NCBI GenBank assembly: GCA_043757265.1
Contig: JAYUQP010000018.1
Span: forward strand, 27,620 to 91,619
From: Bdellovibrionales bacterium
Lineage (GTDB): Bacteria; Bdellovibrionota; Bdellovibrionia; Bdellovibrionales; JAGQZY01
DNA: 64,000 bases
Direction: 5' to 3'
A program made the position numbers and the translations under genes. Shown here in pieces: positions 18,880 to 28,121 of this stretch. Under the pieces are notes generated by a model. It was not told the origin of the DNA. It ran no database searches and saw nothing but the letters and a program-made list of their open reading frames with translations. Numbering within the stretch: the stretch's first letter is position 1; each line of letters starts with the position of its first letter.

Positions 18880-20490
18880 TTGACCGAGAATGGAAAAAGA
18901 ATTGCGGTTCGCTTGAATTTATTTTGGAGTCTTTTGTTCAGTACTTATCTTGTTGAAGACTGGGCCATCGTTGCAAGTTTGCTTGCTATTGCAGAGGGTA
19001 AGATCTCTTGGGGCGCGGCTTACGCTGCCTGCTTTTTTGGAATTTTAAGTGGTGATATTTTGCTCTACTTGCTGGGAAGATCCGCGAATATTTCTCCATG
19101 GCTGATGCATTGGTCTCTTTTTCAGAAAGTGCGCACTTTTATTAAAGAACCACGTCACCTCAATGCCATTGGGTGGGCCATCATTGTGGCCAGGGCTGTG
19201 CCTGGTACTCGATTTGTTACTTACACTGGAGCGGGGCTTGTCGCCTATTCTGCATGGCGATTTTTTATTTTAATTCCTCTTGCTGTCGCGGCCTGGGTGC
19301 TTCTCGCCTTTACCGGCGGTGGCGCCCTTCTTCAGTTGATTTCGACCCATTGGTTTTTTGGGTTGATGGTACTCCTGTCGACGTTCACTTTTCTACGAAT
19401 TCTAGTGCCAGTGCTTATTGACCCTTGGAATCGCAAATCGCTCATGCACACTTGGCGGCGCTGGTTTATTTTTGAATTCTGGCCTGCATGGTTCGCCTAC
19501 GCACCTCTTGTTCCGTATTATATTTACCTCTCCATCAAAAACGGCAGCGTATTTCATCCGTTCTACGCGAACCCAAGTATTCTTAACGGCGGACTCATTG
19601 GCGAAGCCAAGTGGGATATCCTTGGATATTTAGACCCTAAGGATCCCGCCACTTTGACAGTGATAAACATTCCCGCGGCCGCCCAATTCGAAAAAATAAA
19701 GACAAGGCTTGTGGAAAATTATTTTGAGTTTCCCTTAATTTGTAAGCCAAATGTCGGGCAACGCGGATTTGCCGTGCGGATCATTAAAAACTGGGAAGAG
19801 CTTGAGTCTTACGCCGAACATGCAAACTTTGATTTTTTGATTCAGCAAAAAAGCCGGTTTCGCCGCGAGGCCGGGATTTTCTACATCCGCCGACCTGGTG
19901 AGGACGTGGGCGAGATTTGCTCGATCACAGATAAGGATTTTCCGTTTGTTGTGGGCGACGGAAAAACAAAGCTAGGTGACCTCATTTTAAATGACCGTCG
20001 AGCCCGCATCATCGCTCCTATTTATTTTGGTCGACATCGTAAGGCTCTTGAAAAAATAATTGCTGCCGACGATGTTTTTTATCTTTCTGAGTGCGGAAAT
20101 CATTCCCAAGGAGCTATTTTTATAGATGGTCAGCATTTGCGCAGCGAGCCCCTGCGGAAACGCATCGATCAACTGGCTCATCGGTTACCACATTTTTATT
20201 TTGGACGTTTTGATGTGCGCTACAGAGATCATGAAAGTCTGATGCTTGGCCATGATTTTGAAATTGTTGAGATCAATGGTGCTGGAGCCGACATCACCCA
20301 CATCTACGATGAACACACCAAAGTTCGTGAAGCTTACCGAGTGATGTTTGGCCAGTGGCGTTCTTTGTTTGAAGTCGGCAAAGCCGCCCGCGCCATCCAT
20401 GGTGCTACGGCCTTGGTCGACACTCGCGCTTTCTTAAAGGAGTGCTTACGAGTGAATCTTCGCAAAAATGATTTATCAGTATCGACTTAG
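18880..20490 (+). CDS. Fusion protein: N-terminal DedA/VTT-family membrane domain plus C-terminal ATP-grasp ligase-like domain
   Basis: 536 aa. The N-terminal ~200 aa are polytopic, with DedA-like FGILSGDILLYLLGR and ARAVPGTRFVTYTGAG. The C-terminal part has ATP-grasp-like ICKPNVGQRGFAVRII and FEIVEINGAGADITHIYD. The TTG start is uncertain. Confidence 0.7.
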   Translation: MTENGKRIAVRLNLFWSLLFSTYLVEDWAIVASLLAIAEGKISWGAAYAACFFGILSGDILLYLLGRSANISPWLMHWSLFQKVRTFIKEPRHLNAIGWAIIVARAVPGTRFVTYTGAGLVAYSAWRFFILIPLAVAAWVLLAFTGGGALLQLISTHWFFGLMVLLSTFTFLRILVPVLIDPWNRKSLMHTWRRWFIFEFWPAWFAYAPLVPYYIYLSIKNGSVFHPFYANPSILNGGLIGEAKWDILGYLDPKDPATLTVINIPAAAQFEKIKTRLVENYFEFPLICKPNVGQRGFAVRIIKNWEELESYAEHANFDFLIQQKSRFRREAGIFYIRRPGEDVGEICSITDKDFPFVVGDGKTKLGDLILNDRRARIIAPIYFGRHRKALEKIIAADDVFYLSECGNHSQGAIFIDGQHLRSEPLRKRIDQLAHRLPHFYFGRFDVRYRDHESLMLGHDFEIVEINGAGADITHIYDEHTKVREAYRVMFGQWRSLFEVGKAARAIHGATALVDTRAFLKECLRVNLRKNDLSVST

Positions 20491-20544
20491 CCAAGACTTC
20501 GATGAGTTCTATATAAAATTGGCCATTTTTTAGTATCCACGAGT

Positions 20545-21438
20545 TCAGCGACCTAAAAAAATATACTCGGTCTCAAGCTCGACGCCGTTGTGAGCTTTCA
20601 CTGTGGCTTGTACATGCAGTCGAACGCTTTCGATATCCTTGGCTGTGGCGCCGCCTATGTTCACAATAAAATTAGCATGCTTTTCTGAAACCTGCGCGCC
20701 ACCCACTTGATAGCCTTTGAGCCCACACTCTTCAATCAGCCGTCCTGACTTATTTCCTGGAGGGTTTTTAAAAACCGAACCGCAACTTGGCAAGTGCAAT
20801 GGCTGCGTCGCCATTCGTCGCTTGTTGCTCTCTTGCAGTCGCTTTAGCACAGTATCATCAGCAGGTTCTTCCCACGTAATCCCAACACGAGTGATAATTC
20901 CAGGCTGCCAGCCATTTGTTTTTCGATAGAGCCACTGCAGGTCTGATTTGTTTTTACGAACAATATTGAACTCTTGCGATGACAGATCAACCCACTCCAC
21001 CCACTCCACAATTTCGCAAAATTCTTTGGGATGAATTTCATGTCCCACACCTGCGTTCATCACCACACCACCACCTACATCACCGGGAAGGCCTGCTAAG
21101 AAAATGGCTGCGCTTTGTCGTTGTTTGATGAAAACTTTCAACAACTCAGATTTCGGCATCCCAGCCTGGCATACCGCGCTTGTCTTATCACCTGCGATGT
21201 CCACGCTTTCAATCTTTGCAAATTTCGTTAACAGAATGACCAAACCCGCAACACCGTCGTCGCTGACGAGCACATTACTTCCACCACTTAGCACAGTTAC
21301 CGGCATTTTTTTGTCGCGCGCCCACCGACACGCTTTTTGAATGTCTTGAACGGATTCTGGAAACACTGCCCAGTCCGCGCTCCCGCCCACTTTCCACCAA
21401 GTGTGCTCCGCTAATTTGTAATTCTGTTTAAATTCCAT
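20545..21438 (-). CDS. murB: UDP-N-acetylenolpyruvoylglucosamine reductase
   Basis: 297 aa. FAD-binding domain (WKVGGSADW, LSGGSNVLV). C-terminal SCGSVFKNP and GGAQVSEKHANFIVN. Confidence 0.93.
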   Translation of the reverse strand: MEFKQNYKLAEHTWWKVGGSADWAVFPESVQDIQKACRWARDKKMPVTVLSGGSNVLVSDDGVAGLVILLTKFAKIESVDIAGDKTSAVCQAGMPKSELLKVFIKQRQSAAIFLAGLPGDVGGGVVMNAGVGHEIHPKEFCEIVEWVEWVDLSSQEFNIVRKNKSDLQWLYRKTNGWQPGIITRVGITWEEPADDTVLKRLQESNKRRMATQPLHLPSCGSVFKNPPGNKSGRLIEECGLKGYQVGGAQVSEKHANFIVNIGGATAKDIESVRLHVQATVKAHNGVELETEYIFLGR

Positions 21439-21462
21439 TTACGCTCCTTTTATACCAAATGG

Positions 21463-21676
21463 GCTTTTGAGATTTCTACATGGATATTTTGAATTTGAGA
21501 TCTTTCTTTTTATGACCTCTGTTGAGCGGCCCCCCGGAACGAGCTTGCTCGTGAACGAGCGCGAAGCGCGTGGGGACTTGGACGCGATCGCGAAGCGACA
21601 ACAGTTGAGACACGGAGGTCGTGTCATAAAAAGGAAGATCTCAAATTCAAAATAGCCACGCAGAAATTCCCAAAAG
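21463..21676. repeat. 214-bp palindromic element filling the murC-murB spacer (about 54-bp AT-rich arms, about 100-bp GC-rich centre)
   Basis: The left arm gcttttgagatttctacatggatattttgaatttgagatctttctttttatgac (21463-21516) pairs with 21623-21676. The inner 31 bp have 1 mismatch; the outer part has a few mismatches and a 1-nt indel. The centre contains sub-palindromes cgagcttgctcg, gcgcgaagcgcg and gcgatcgc. Confidence 0.9.
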
Positions 21677-21687
21677 CGTTTGTACAC

Positions 21688-23022
21688 CTAAATGAAATCG
21701 TAAAATTTGTTAACGTCGCCGGCGCCAAAGCACACTAAAACATCTCCTAGTTTGCATTCTTTGGTCAAAAGTTTTCGGGCCGTTGCAAACTCTCCAACCC
21801 ACTCTCCACGCCCGCCTTCGATCTCCGTTGCCAGTCTTTGCGCCGTGATGCCTTCGATGGGTTTTTCGCCAGCGGCATAAACTTCCATCAACCAAACTCT
21901 TTCGGCCACCGAGAAGGACTGAGTAAAATCTTTCCAGCAGGTTTGAGTTCGCGAATAGCGGTGCGGTTGAAATAAGACGTATATCTTTTGCGTAGGATAT
22001 TTCTCGCGAAAGGCTTGAAGCGTGGCTTTGACCTCGGTGGGATGATGTCCATAATCATCGTAAATTAAAACACCGTGTTTTTCGCCGCGAAGCTGAAAGC
22101 GTCGGTCTACACCTTTAAACAGGCCTACTCCGCGCAAACAGTCGTCCCACGGGACATCAGCAAAGTGACTGGCAATGACTGCGGAGAGTGCATTTAGGGC
22201 GTTGTGCCGTCCGGAGACTTGCAGCTTCATCTCGCCTAGGTTTTCTCCAAGCTTATCAAAAACAATATAGTTTCCATCTTTGCCTTCAAGATAGTAATCG
22301 TTGTTTTTGTTCATTCCGTAATAAATGATTTTTTTTGGAAAATCCTGATAGATCTCGCGAATGATGGGATCATCTCCGCAAACTACGGCTGCTCCGTAGA
22401 ATGGAACCTTTAAGGCAAATTCGTAAAAGGCTTTTTTGAGAGCGTCCATGGACTTGTAGTAGTCCAAATGGTCGTTATCGATATTTGTTATGATGCATAT
22501 CTCATGATTCAAACGCGAAAAACTGCCATCGCTCTCGTCGGCCTCGGCAATCATCCACGCCCCTTTACCTAAAAGCGCAGTGGACTTGATTAAATCCAAA
22601 CGACCGCCCACGGCAATGGTCGGCTCTTGCTGAGCATGTACAAAAATGGATGACGCAAAACTTGTGGTTGTGGTTTTTCCGTGGGTCCCTGCAATGGCAA
22701 GGCCTCGCTTCAAGTTCATAATCTCGGCGAGCGCCTCGGCGCGGGGGATTCTTGGAATGGCTCTACGCTTGGCCTCAAGCATTTCAGGATTGTCGCTTTT
22801 GACCGCGCTCGAATAAACCACCACATCACAGTTTTGGATATTTTCTGCTTTATGACCAAAATAAATTTTCACGCCCAATGATTGTAATCTTTTTGTCTGA
22901 TCGTTTTCCTTCATGTCGGTGCCAGAAACTGTAGCCCCCATTTTGTGCAACAGCTCGGCAAGGCCCGACATACCGATGCCGCCAATACCCAAAAAATGGA
23001 ATTGCGAGTTTGCAAATTTCAT
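21688..23022 (-). CDS. murC: UDP-N-acetylmuramate--L-alanine ligase
   Basis: 444 aa. HFLGIGGIGMSGLA N-terminus, GTHGKTTTT P-loop, Mur ligase central and C-terminal domains. ATGA overlap with murG. Confidence 0.95.
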   Translation of the reverse strand: MKFANSQFHFLGIGGIGMSGLAELLHKMGATVSGTDMKENDQTKRLQSLGVKIYFGHKAENIQNCDVVVYSSAVKSDNPEMLEAKRRAIPRIPRAEALAEIMNLKRGLAIAGTHGKTTTTSFASSIFVHAQQEPTIAVGGRLDLIKSTALLGKGAWMIAEADESDGSFSRLNHEICIITNIDNDHLDYYKSMDALKKAFYEFALKVPFYGAAVVCGDDPIIREIYQDFPKKIIYYGMNKNNDYYLEGKDGNYIVFDKLGENLGEMKLQVSGRHNALNALSAVIASHFADVPWDDCLRGVGLFKGVDRRFQLRGEKHGVLIYDDYGHHPTEVKATLQAFREKYPTQKIYVLFQPHRYSRTQTCWKDFTQSFSVAERVWLMEVYAAGEKPIEGITAQRLATEIEGGRGEWVGEFATARKLLTKECKLGDVLVCFGAGDVNKFYDFI

Positions 23023-24137
23023 AAATTCATTTCCTTAATCAAAGTCTGGGCAATGGTTTGAGTGGATTTGGAAAAATCAAAATTTTCCAAATTTTTTTTC
23101 ATGCTGTCTAGTTTTGTTGGATTCTGCAAAAGACTTTGAAGCAGCTGATGAAGTTCTTCTGGATTAAGATCTTTTTGCTCTAGCAAGTAAGCGCCTTGTC
23201 GATCCACAATCACCTTTGCATTCTTAAACTGATGGTTATCTGCCGCGGTTGGAAGCGGAATAAAAATAGCTGGTTTCCGGCATGAAATCACTTCGGCTAC
23301 AGTGCTCGCACCTGAGCGGCAAATTACGACATCAGCACGTTGAAGTTCCTGTGGCATATTATGAATGTACTCAACCAGCTCGATTTTTTCGGACAAAACG
23401 CCGTACTCTGTTTTCATTCGCTCATAATCGCGAGCGCCCGTTTGATGTTTGATCGAAAGCTGATCTAAGATTTCTGGATAAGTTTTTAAGTATTTTAAAA
23501 AACCGTCATTGATAGCGCGAGCACCCTGGCTGCCACCAAAAACCAACAATCGAGGGCGACCGCCCTGCGCCGCCGTTGAGTTTGCAGGGCCACTCAAGTT
23601 TTCATTGCTCTGAAAAAATTCCGCACGCACCGGCATCCCAGCTTCGATGATATTGGCCGAAGCCAAAAACTTTTTTGCCTCAGCAAATACAATAAAATTT
23701 GTATCCACCCATCGGGCTAGCCACCGGTTTGTAAGCCCAGGATAGGCGTTTGCTTCCCAGAGCGCGGTTTTAGCCCCTAAGAGTTTCGCAATCGCAATGA
23801 AGGGACCCGAAGCAAATCCACCCACTCCCAGTACCAATTGCGGACGAATTTTTAAAAAGATCCAAGCGGCATGGAATAGCGAAAACGGCATCTGAAAGGT
23901 TGTTTTCAGTTGTTGCCACCGCCCTACTGAGGAGTGCAGTCGGCCGATCTGAATCAAATGAAATGGATACGAGTATTGCGCCCATATTTTTTCTTCGAGG
24001 CCACCTTGCGCTCCTACAAAATGAATTTGCAATTGAGGGTTTTGTTTTAGGAGAGCTTGCGCGATAGCGAGACCGGGATAAATATGGCCTCCAGTACCGC
24101 CACCTGTAATTACAATGGTTTGCGTACTCATTGTCAT
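23019..24137 (-). CDS. murG: UDP-N-acetylglucosamine--N-acetylmuramyl-(pentapeptide) pyrophosphoryl-undecaprenol GlcNAc transferase
   Basis: 372 aa. GGGTGGHIYPGLAIA N-terminal motif and C-terminal CRSGASTVAE. Confidence 0.95.
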   Translation of the reverse strand: MTMSTQTIVITGGGTGGHIYPGLAIAQALLKQNPQLQIHFVGAQGGLEEKIWAQYSYPFHLIQIGRLHSSVGRWQQLKTTFQMPFSLFHAAWIFLKIRPQLVLGVGGFASGPFIAIAKLLGAKTALWEANAYPGLTNRWLARWVDTNFIVFAEAKKFLASANIIEAGMPVRAEFFQSNENLSGPANSTAAQGGRPRLLVFGGSQGARAINDGFLKYLKTYPEILDQLSIKHQTGARDYERMKTEYGVLSEKIELVEYIHNMPQELQRADVVICRSGASTVAEVISCRKPAIFIPLPTAADNHQFKNAKVIVDRQGAYLLEQKDLNPEELHQLLQSLLQNPTKLDSMKKNLENFDFSKSTQTIAQTLIKEMNL

Positions 24138-24183
24138 TCCTCCTTGAATAGAATCAGGAATAAGCGATTGAGATGAACTTTTA

Positions 24184-25296
24184 TTAACTACGACACTGCC
24201 GTTGGATGTTCAATAAGATTCCAAAAAGGACACACGACATTACCAAGGAAGCACCTCCATAACTGAGGAATGGAAGGGTAAGGCCCTTCGTTGGCAACAG
24301 TCCTAAAACCACGCCTGTGTTGATCATTACCGAGTAGGCAAAACACACAACAAGGCCGAGCGAAAGCACTTTAAAAAAAAGAGAGTCCACCCGATGCGCA
24401 ATTTGCAAACCGCGAACAACTAAGTATCCATAGGCGAGCATGAGTGTAAAAAAACCTAAAAAACCCAACTCTTCGCCAAGCACTGCTAATGTAAAATCGG
24501 TGTGTGCTTCGGGTAAAAAGAACAGTTTTCCCTGACCATCTCCCAAGCCGGTTCCCAAAAGCCCGCCTGAGTTAAAGGTGAGCATACTTTGAATCACCTG
24601 AAAACCTTTTCCGTTGGGATCTTGCCACGGATCGATAAAGGTCATCAATCGCGCTTTACGGTAAGGCACACTCATTACGAGGAAGTAGAACAAGGGCATT
24701 GCAAGCACGGTGGCCGCAGCTAAGTATTTCCACGGAAAACCAAAAACAAAAATCACTGTGGCAATAACCAAAATGCACATGGTGAACGAACCAAAATCAG
24801 GCTGCCGCATAAAAATCACTAGAGGCAGAATAATTGTTAATGCGCGCACGACCCATTTCCAGCGCCCGAGTCTCTCTTGGTCATAAGCAAAAAAAATCGC
24901 TAACAAAAATGGTAATGCCACTTTATAAATTTCGCAGGGTTCGATCCGCACACCCATCAATCCAGGAAGCCAGCGCGTAGATCCGCCGACTCTTATGCCG
25001 ATGCCAGGAACGATTGTTAAAAAAAGGGCGATGATAGCTAAAGGTGCAAGGTAAATACCGAGCACTTCAATCCAGCGGCTAGGCGCGCGCCATAAACCAA
25101 TGAGCGTTACGAACCCGAGCAGTGCAAAAACAACTTGGCGCTTAAAAAAATAAAGACCGTCACCAAACTTTTCGTGCGCAAAGATAAAGCTTGAGGAATA
25201 CACTTGGATCAAACCGAAAACGATGAGCGCAAAAACAACGAGCAGCACTTCTTGTGATTTGTCTTTCAACATTTTGTCATTGTCCCACGCTCTCAT
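24184..25296 (-). CDS. ftsW: SEDS-family peptidoglycan glycosyltransferase FtsW
   Basis: 370 aa, about 10 TM segments. Motifs QPDFGS, EAHTDF and LPFLSYGG. Position between murD and murG. Confidence 0.92.
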   Translation of the reverse strand: MRAWDNDKMLKDKSQEVLLVVFALIVFGLIQVYSSSFIFAHEKFGDGLYFFKRQVVFALLGFVTLIGLWRAPSRWIEVLGIYLAPLAIIALFLTIVPGIGIRVGGSTRWLPGLMGVRIEPCEIYKVALPFLLAIFFAYDQERLGRWKWVVRALTIILPLVIFMRQPDFGSFTMCILVIATVIFVFGFPWKYLAAATVLAMPLFYFLVMSVPYRKARLMTFIDPWQDPNGKGFQVIQSMLTFNSGGLLGTGLGDGQGKLFFLPEAHTDFTLAVLGEELGFLGFFTLMLAYGYLVVRGLQIAHRVDSLFFKVLSLGLVVCFAYSVMINTGVVLGLLPTKGLTLPFLSYGGASLVMSCVLFGILLNIQRQCRS

Positions 25297-25345
25297 TGAG
25301 GCTGTCTAGAGAGAGTATCTCCCTAGACCAAAGCCCATGAGCACA

Positions 25346-26005
25346 CTATGGATAGTGCGCTGAAACTGCACGAACAATGCGATCACACATGATCTCATAG
25401 CCGTCATCGTTTGGATGAAACTGATCAGCCATTTTAGAGGCGTCATTCCACAACCCATCCATCCCATTAACAATGATGGCTCCATTTTCCCGGGCTACTT
25501 GCGCCATATCTTGCAGTCGCTTTGCAGCGGCCGGATCGTATGGCGGGTTAAGAGCTAAATATACAACAACAGCCCCGGCTGTTTGAAATTGAAGAATAAT
25601 GCGCTTGAGTTCGCGAACACTCTTGTCCGCAGGATAGGAACCGGGAGTGTAATACTCAGAAATCGCGTCGTTTCCACCGGTGCTGATAAAGGCAAGTTTA
25701 GGCGGTCGGTTGAGATAAAAAGGAACGTTGTCGACAAGCTCGTCTGTTTTTAATCCTGGGATTCCATAACTCGAAACCGTCGCACCAGAAAACTCGTTTT
25801 CCAAACACGCAGCGGGCGTGTAAACAAAATCTACGGATCCTGATCCATGGGCCAAACTATCGCCCATCACATGAATTCTACCCGCTCCAGGCTTTGAGTT
25901 TGTTATTTTTGGCCCCGTGTCCGTGGCGGCGTCTTCCGAGCTTGAACACCCGGCAATTAGAGATGCAAACACTAGCGAATAAAAAAGATTATTTATAATT
26001 TTCAT
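25346..26005 (-). CDS. SGNH/GDSL-family hydrolase lipoprotein
   Basis: 219 aa with lipobox LIAGC. Block I HVMGDSLAHG, block III STGGNDA, block V DQFHPNDDGY (DxxH). Confidence 0.8.
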   Translation of the reverse strand: MKIINNLFYSLVFASLIAGCSSSEDAATDTGPKITNSKPGAGRIHVMGDSLAHGSGSVDFVYTPAACLENEFSGATVSSYGIPGLKTDELVDNVPFYLNRPPKLAFISTGGNDAISEYYTPGSYPADKSVRELKRIILQFQTAGAVVVYLALNPPYDPAAAKRLQDMAQVARENGAIIVNGMDGLWNDASKMADQFHPNDDGYEIMCDRIVRAVSAHYP

Positions 26006-26169
26006 GATTCTCCCCCTTTAGAAAATTAAAGGGAGCATAGCAGTGACGTTTTAATTTAAAAGTCGCAGCGCAAAATTCACCTATCCAAGTCTAGTAGAGG
26101 CAAAAAGATGAGGGACTTATTGGAACCGGACTTGTGGCGATTGGACTCGCGAAGAATACTGGAAGGAGC

Positions 26170-27558
26170 ATGACGATATTTTTTATTTTCATTCTCTCAC
26201 TATCTTCTTACGCTCAGCAACCCGCCCCTGCAGCTTTTGACTGTCGCCAGGGAATGGTGGAATTTGGTGGCGCTCCCAATCGGGGAGTTGCCAATCGACA
26301 ACCCCTTTGCACTCAAGATCCAGGGCGAATGGTGGCTGAACTCAAACAAGCAATCACGCAGTACCTTTGCCTTTACCACGCGGATCTTGAGTGTTTACAG
26401 AAAAACCAGGCTTTTTTGGCATCAAGAAGAAACCAACAGGGCAACTTTGCACAGGACTTTGAAAGAATGGTCGGCAGTCAGTATTTGAACTCTTGGCTGC
26501 GAAATTCGAACAATCACTACTACCATCCGGGTCTTGCTTCCGAATCATCTCTCTTTCCCGACGAAACCCAGCAAAACAGTGGGATCACCACGGATGTGGT
26601 GCAAATCCTCGCGAACTTTGTCCCTGGCGGCGTGGCAAGACTCGCTAGCATTGGCACATCCGTTTTTGGAACTTTTCAAACCATGGGACGTTCGTCCACG
26701 GGTACCGATCCGGGCAACGACTGCACAATTCCCAGAAACAGGTTTATCAATGCGCAGCCCGTACCCGACTCACGGGGTTCAGCAAGTAAGATTTGCTCCC
26801 CAAGCTATAACTTCAATTCCAATCCTGTTGCAGACTTTCTCAAGCAGGATCCGCAACTCCAAGCAACGGGTTTGGTTTGCGCGGATGTTTGCCTCTACTA
26901 TGCCCAACTTCTTAGCCATATGAATCTTGCCAATTTGCAGATCCTTGGAAGCGTGATGCCTATTTTCAGTCAACGCCCCCAGTGCCTTGCGGGGGGCAGA
27001 GCAAGTTTCAGTTTCTGCGCCATGAGAGAAAGCTTAGGAGGGTTTAGCGGAGACGTGAACTGGAACTGCCTGGACAACCGAGGCCAGCATATTTCGCACA
27101 CAGGCCGCATGGTGCTTCCTCTCGAATGGAGTGTCACAACCGATCTGATCGCCCGAAGCGAAGTTCAAGCCACTGTGAGCCCCACCTACAATCTGGATTC
27201 AGATAGAGTCACCATGCGAGTGCCCACTATTCCCCGCATGCGAGCCGGAGCAAGCCCCCCTGCCGCCGTGGCTGCACCCATCGGTGGGCTTGCATCATAC
27301 GAGACCCGTGAAGGAATCACGCTTCGCGATGCCTTCCACCGCACTCAATATGCCATTGGTAGCGGGCCACAGGTACCACTTTTATCGCTGCGCGGTGACC
27401 CTGCTCTTCGAGGAATGGGTATTGCTTCCGCCGTTGTTTCGGGTTGTTGCTCTGTGCCCGAGCCAAATCGCGAACAATGTTTACGAGCTCTGCCCACCAC
27501 CGAAATGTATCGCCCGCGGGACCGCAACGAAGAAACAGCAATCCCTACAAATAATTAA
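26170..27558 (+). CDS. Secreted cysteine-rich protein, unknown function
   Basis: I chose the ATG at 26170 because GGAAGGAG lies 2-9 nt upstream. Signal peptide MTIFFIFILSLSSYA/QQ. About 16 Cys are spread through ~460 aa. I recognise no family. Confidence 0.6.
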   Translation: MTIFFIFILSLSSYAQQPAPAAFDCRQGMVEFGGAPNRGVANRQPLCTQDPGRMVAELKQAITQYLCLYHADLECLQKNQAFLASRRNQQGNFAQDFERMVGSQYLNSWLRNSNNHYYHPGLASESSLFPDETQQNSGITTDVVQILANFVPGGVARLASIGTSVFGTFQTMGRSSTGTDPGNDCTIPRNRFINAQPVPDSRGSASKICSPSYNFNSNPVADFLKQDPQLQATGLVCADVCLYYAQLLSHMNLANLQILGSVMPIFSQRPQCLAGGRASFSFCAMRESLGGFSGDVNWNCLDNRGQHISHTGRMVLPLEWSVTTDLIARSEVQATVSPTYNLDSDRVTMRVPTIPRMRAGASPPAAVAAPIGGLASYETREGITLRDAFHRTQYAIGSGPQVPLLSLRGDPALRGMGIASAVVSGCCSVPEPNREQCLRALPTTEMYRPRDRNEETAIPTNN

Positions 27559-27935
27559 AAGTTGAAGCCTTGGTACTCGCAATCCGCCTTCAGATCTACA
27601 AGACGCTCTTGAGAAATTTCGCTGCACTCTTGTATCGAAGACAAAATTACTTCTACGAGCGTGCAATAATCGGCCTTTTCCTGGTAAGGCGGCGGATACC
27701 AGCTTGTATCTTGGAGGTTAGTTCGAATGATATAACGGAGCTGCAAAAAATTTTCTGCTCGTGAAGGAGTGAGCCGGTGGGGCTCAATGAATCTTTCCAC
27801 GTTTTCATTGTCTAAACAGATAAGATCTGTAAGAAACTCCGCTTCGACTTCCAAGCCATTGGTAAGAAGTACGCGATCGGCAAAGACGACCGAAGTGGTA
27901 AAAGACAATATAAGAAACAGAGCGAAAAGCTTCAT
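27555..27935 (-). CDS. Small secreted protein (4 Cys), unknown function
   Basis: 126 aa with signal peptide MKLFALFLILSFTTSVVFA. Its 3' end overlaps the convergent gene by 4 nt (TTAA). Confidence 0.5.
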   Translation of the reverse strand: MKLFALFLILSFTTSVVFADRVLLTNGLEVEAEFLTDLICLDNENVERFIEPHRLTPSRAENFLQLRYIIRTNLQDTSWYPPPYQEKADYCTLVEVILSSIQECSEISQERLVDLKADCEYQGFNF

Positions 27936-28121
27936 ACAAACCTCTTTGCCTCACTCTTATAGTAAAGAACTGCCCGTTAATCCTGCTATTTATATGCCCG
28001 TGAAAAATCACCACTACTGTTGATGTTTTGATCAGTATTTACGTAGCACCCTACCGTTAAATCGATAGGCAAGCTGGCTTTCGCTTTAGCGCTGGAGCTC
28101 GCGTCTTACTCGCTCCTCAGC

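Noticed and set aside
18880-20490. Annotating the ATP-grasp fusion protein as D-Ala-D-Ala ligase (ddl) because of its dcw position
   Set aside because: I could not recognise the Ddl sequence motifs and N-terminal domain I would expect. The N-terminal half is a DedA-type membrane domain. Position alone is insufficient.
21439-21687. 82-aa (minus) and 62-aa (plus) ORFs between murB and murC
   Set aside because: Both give nearly the same peptide (…GYFEFEIFLFMT…) because they read the two arms of a palindrome. This is a symmetry artefact, not coding sequence.
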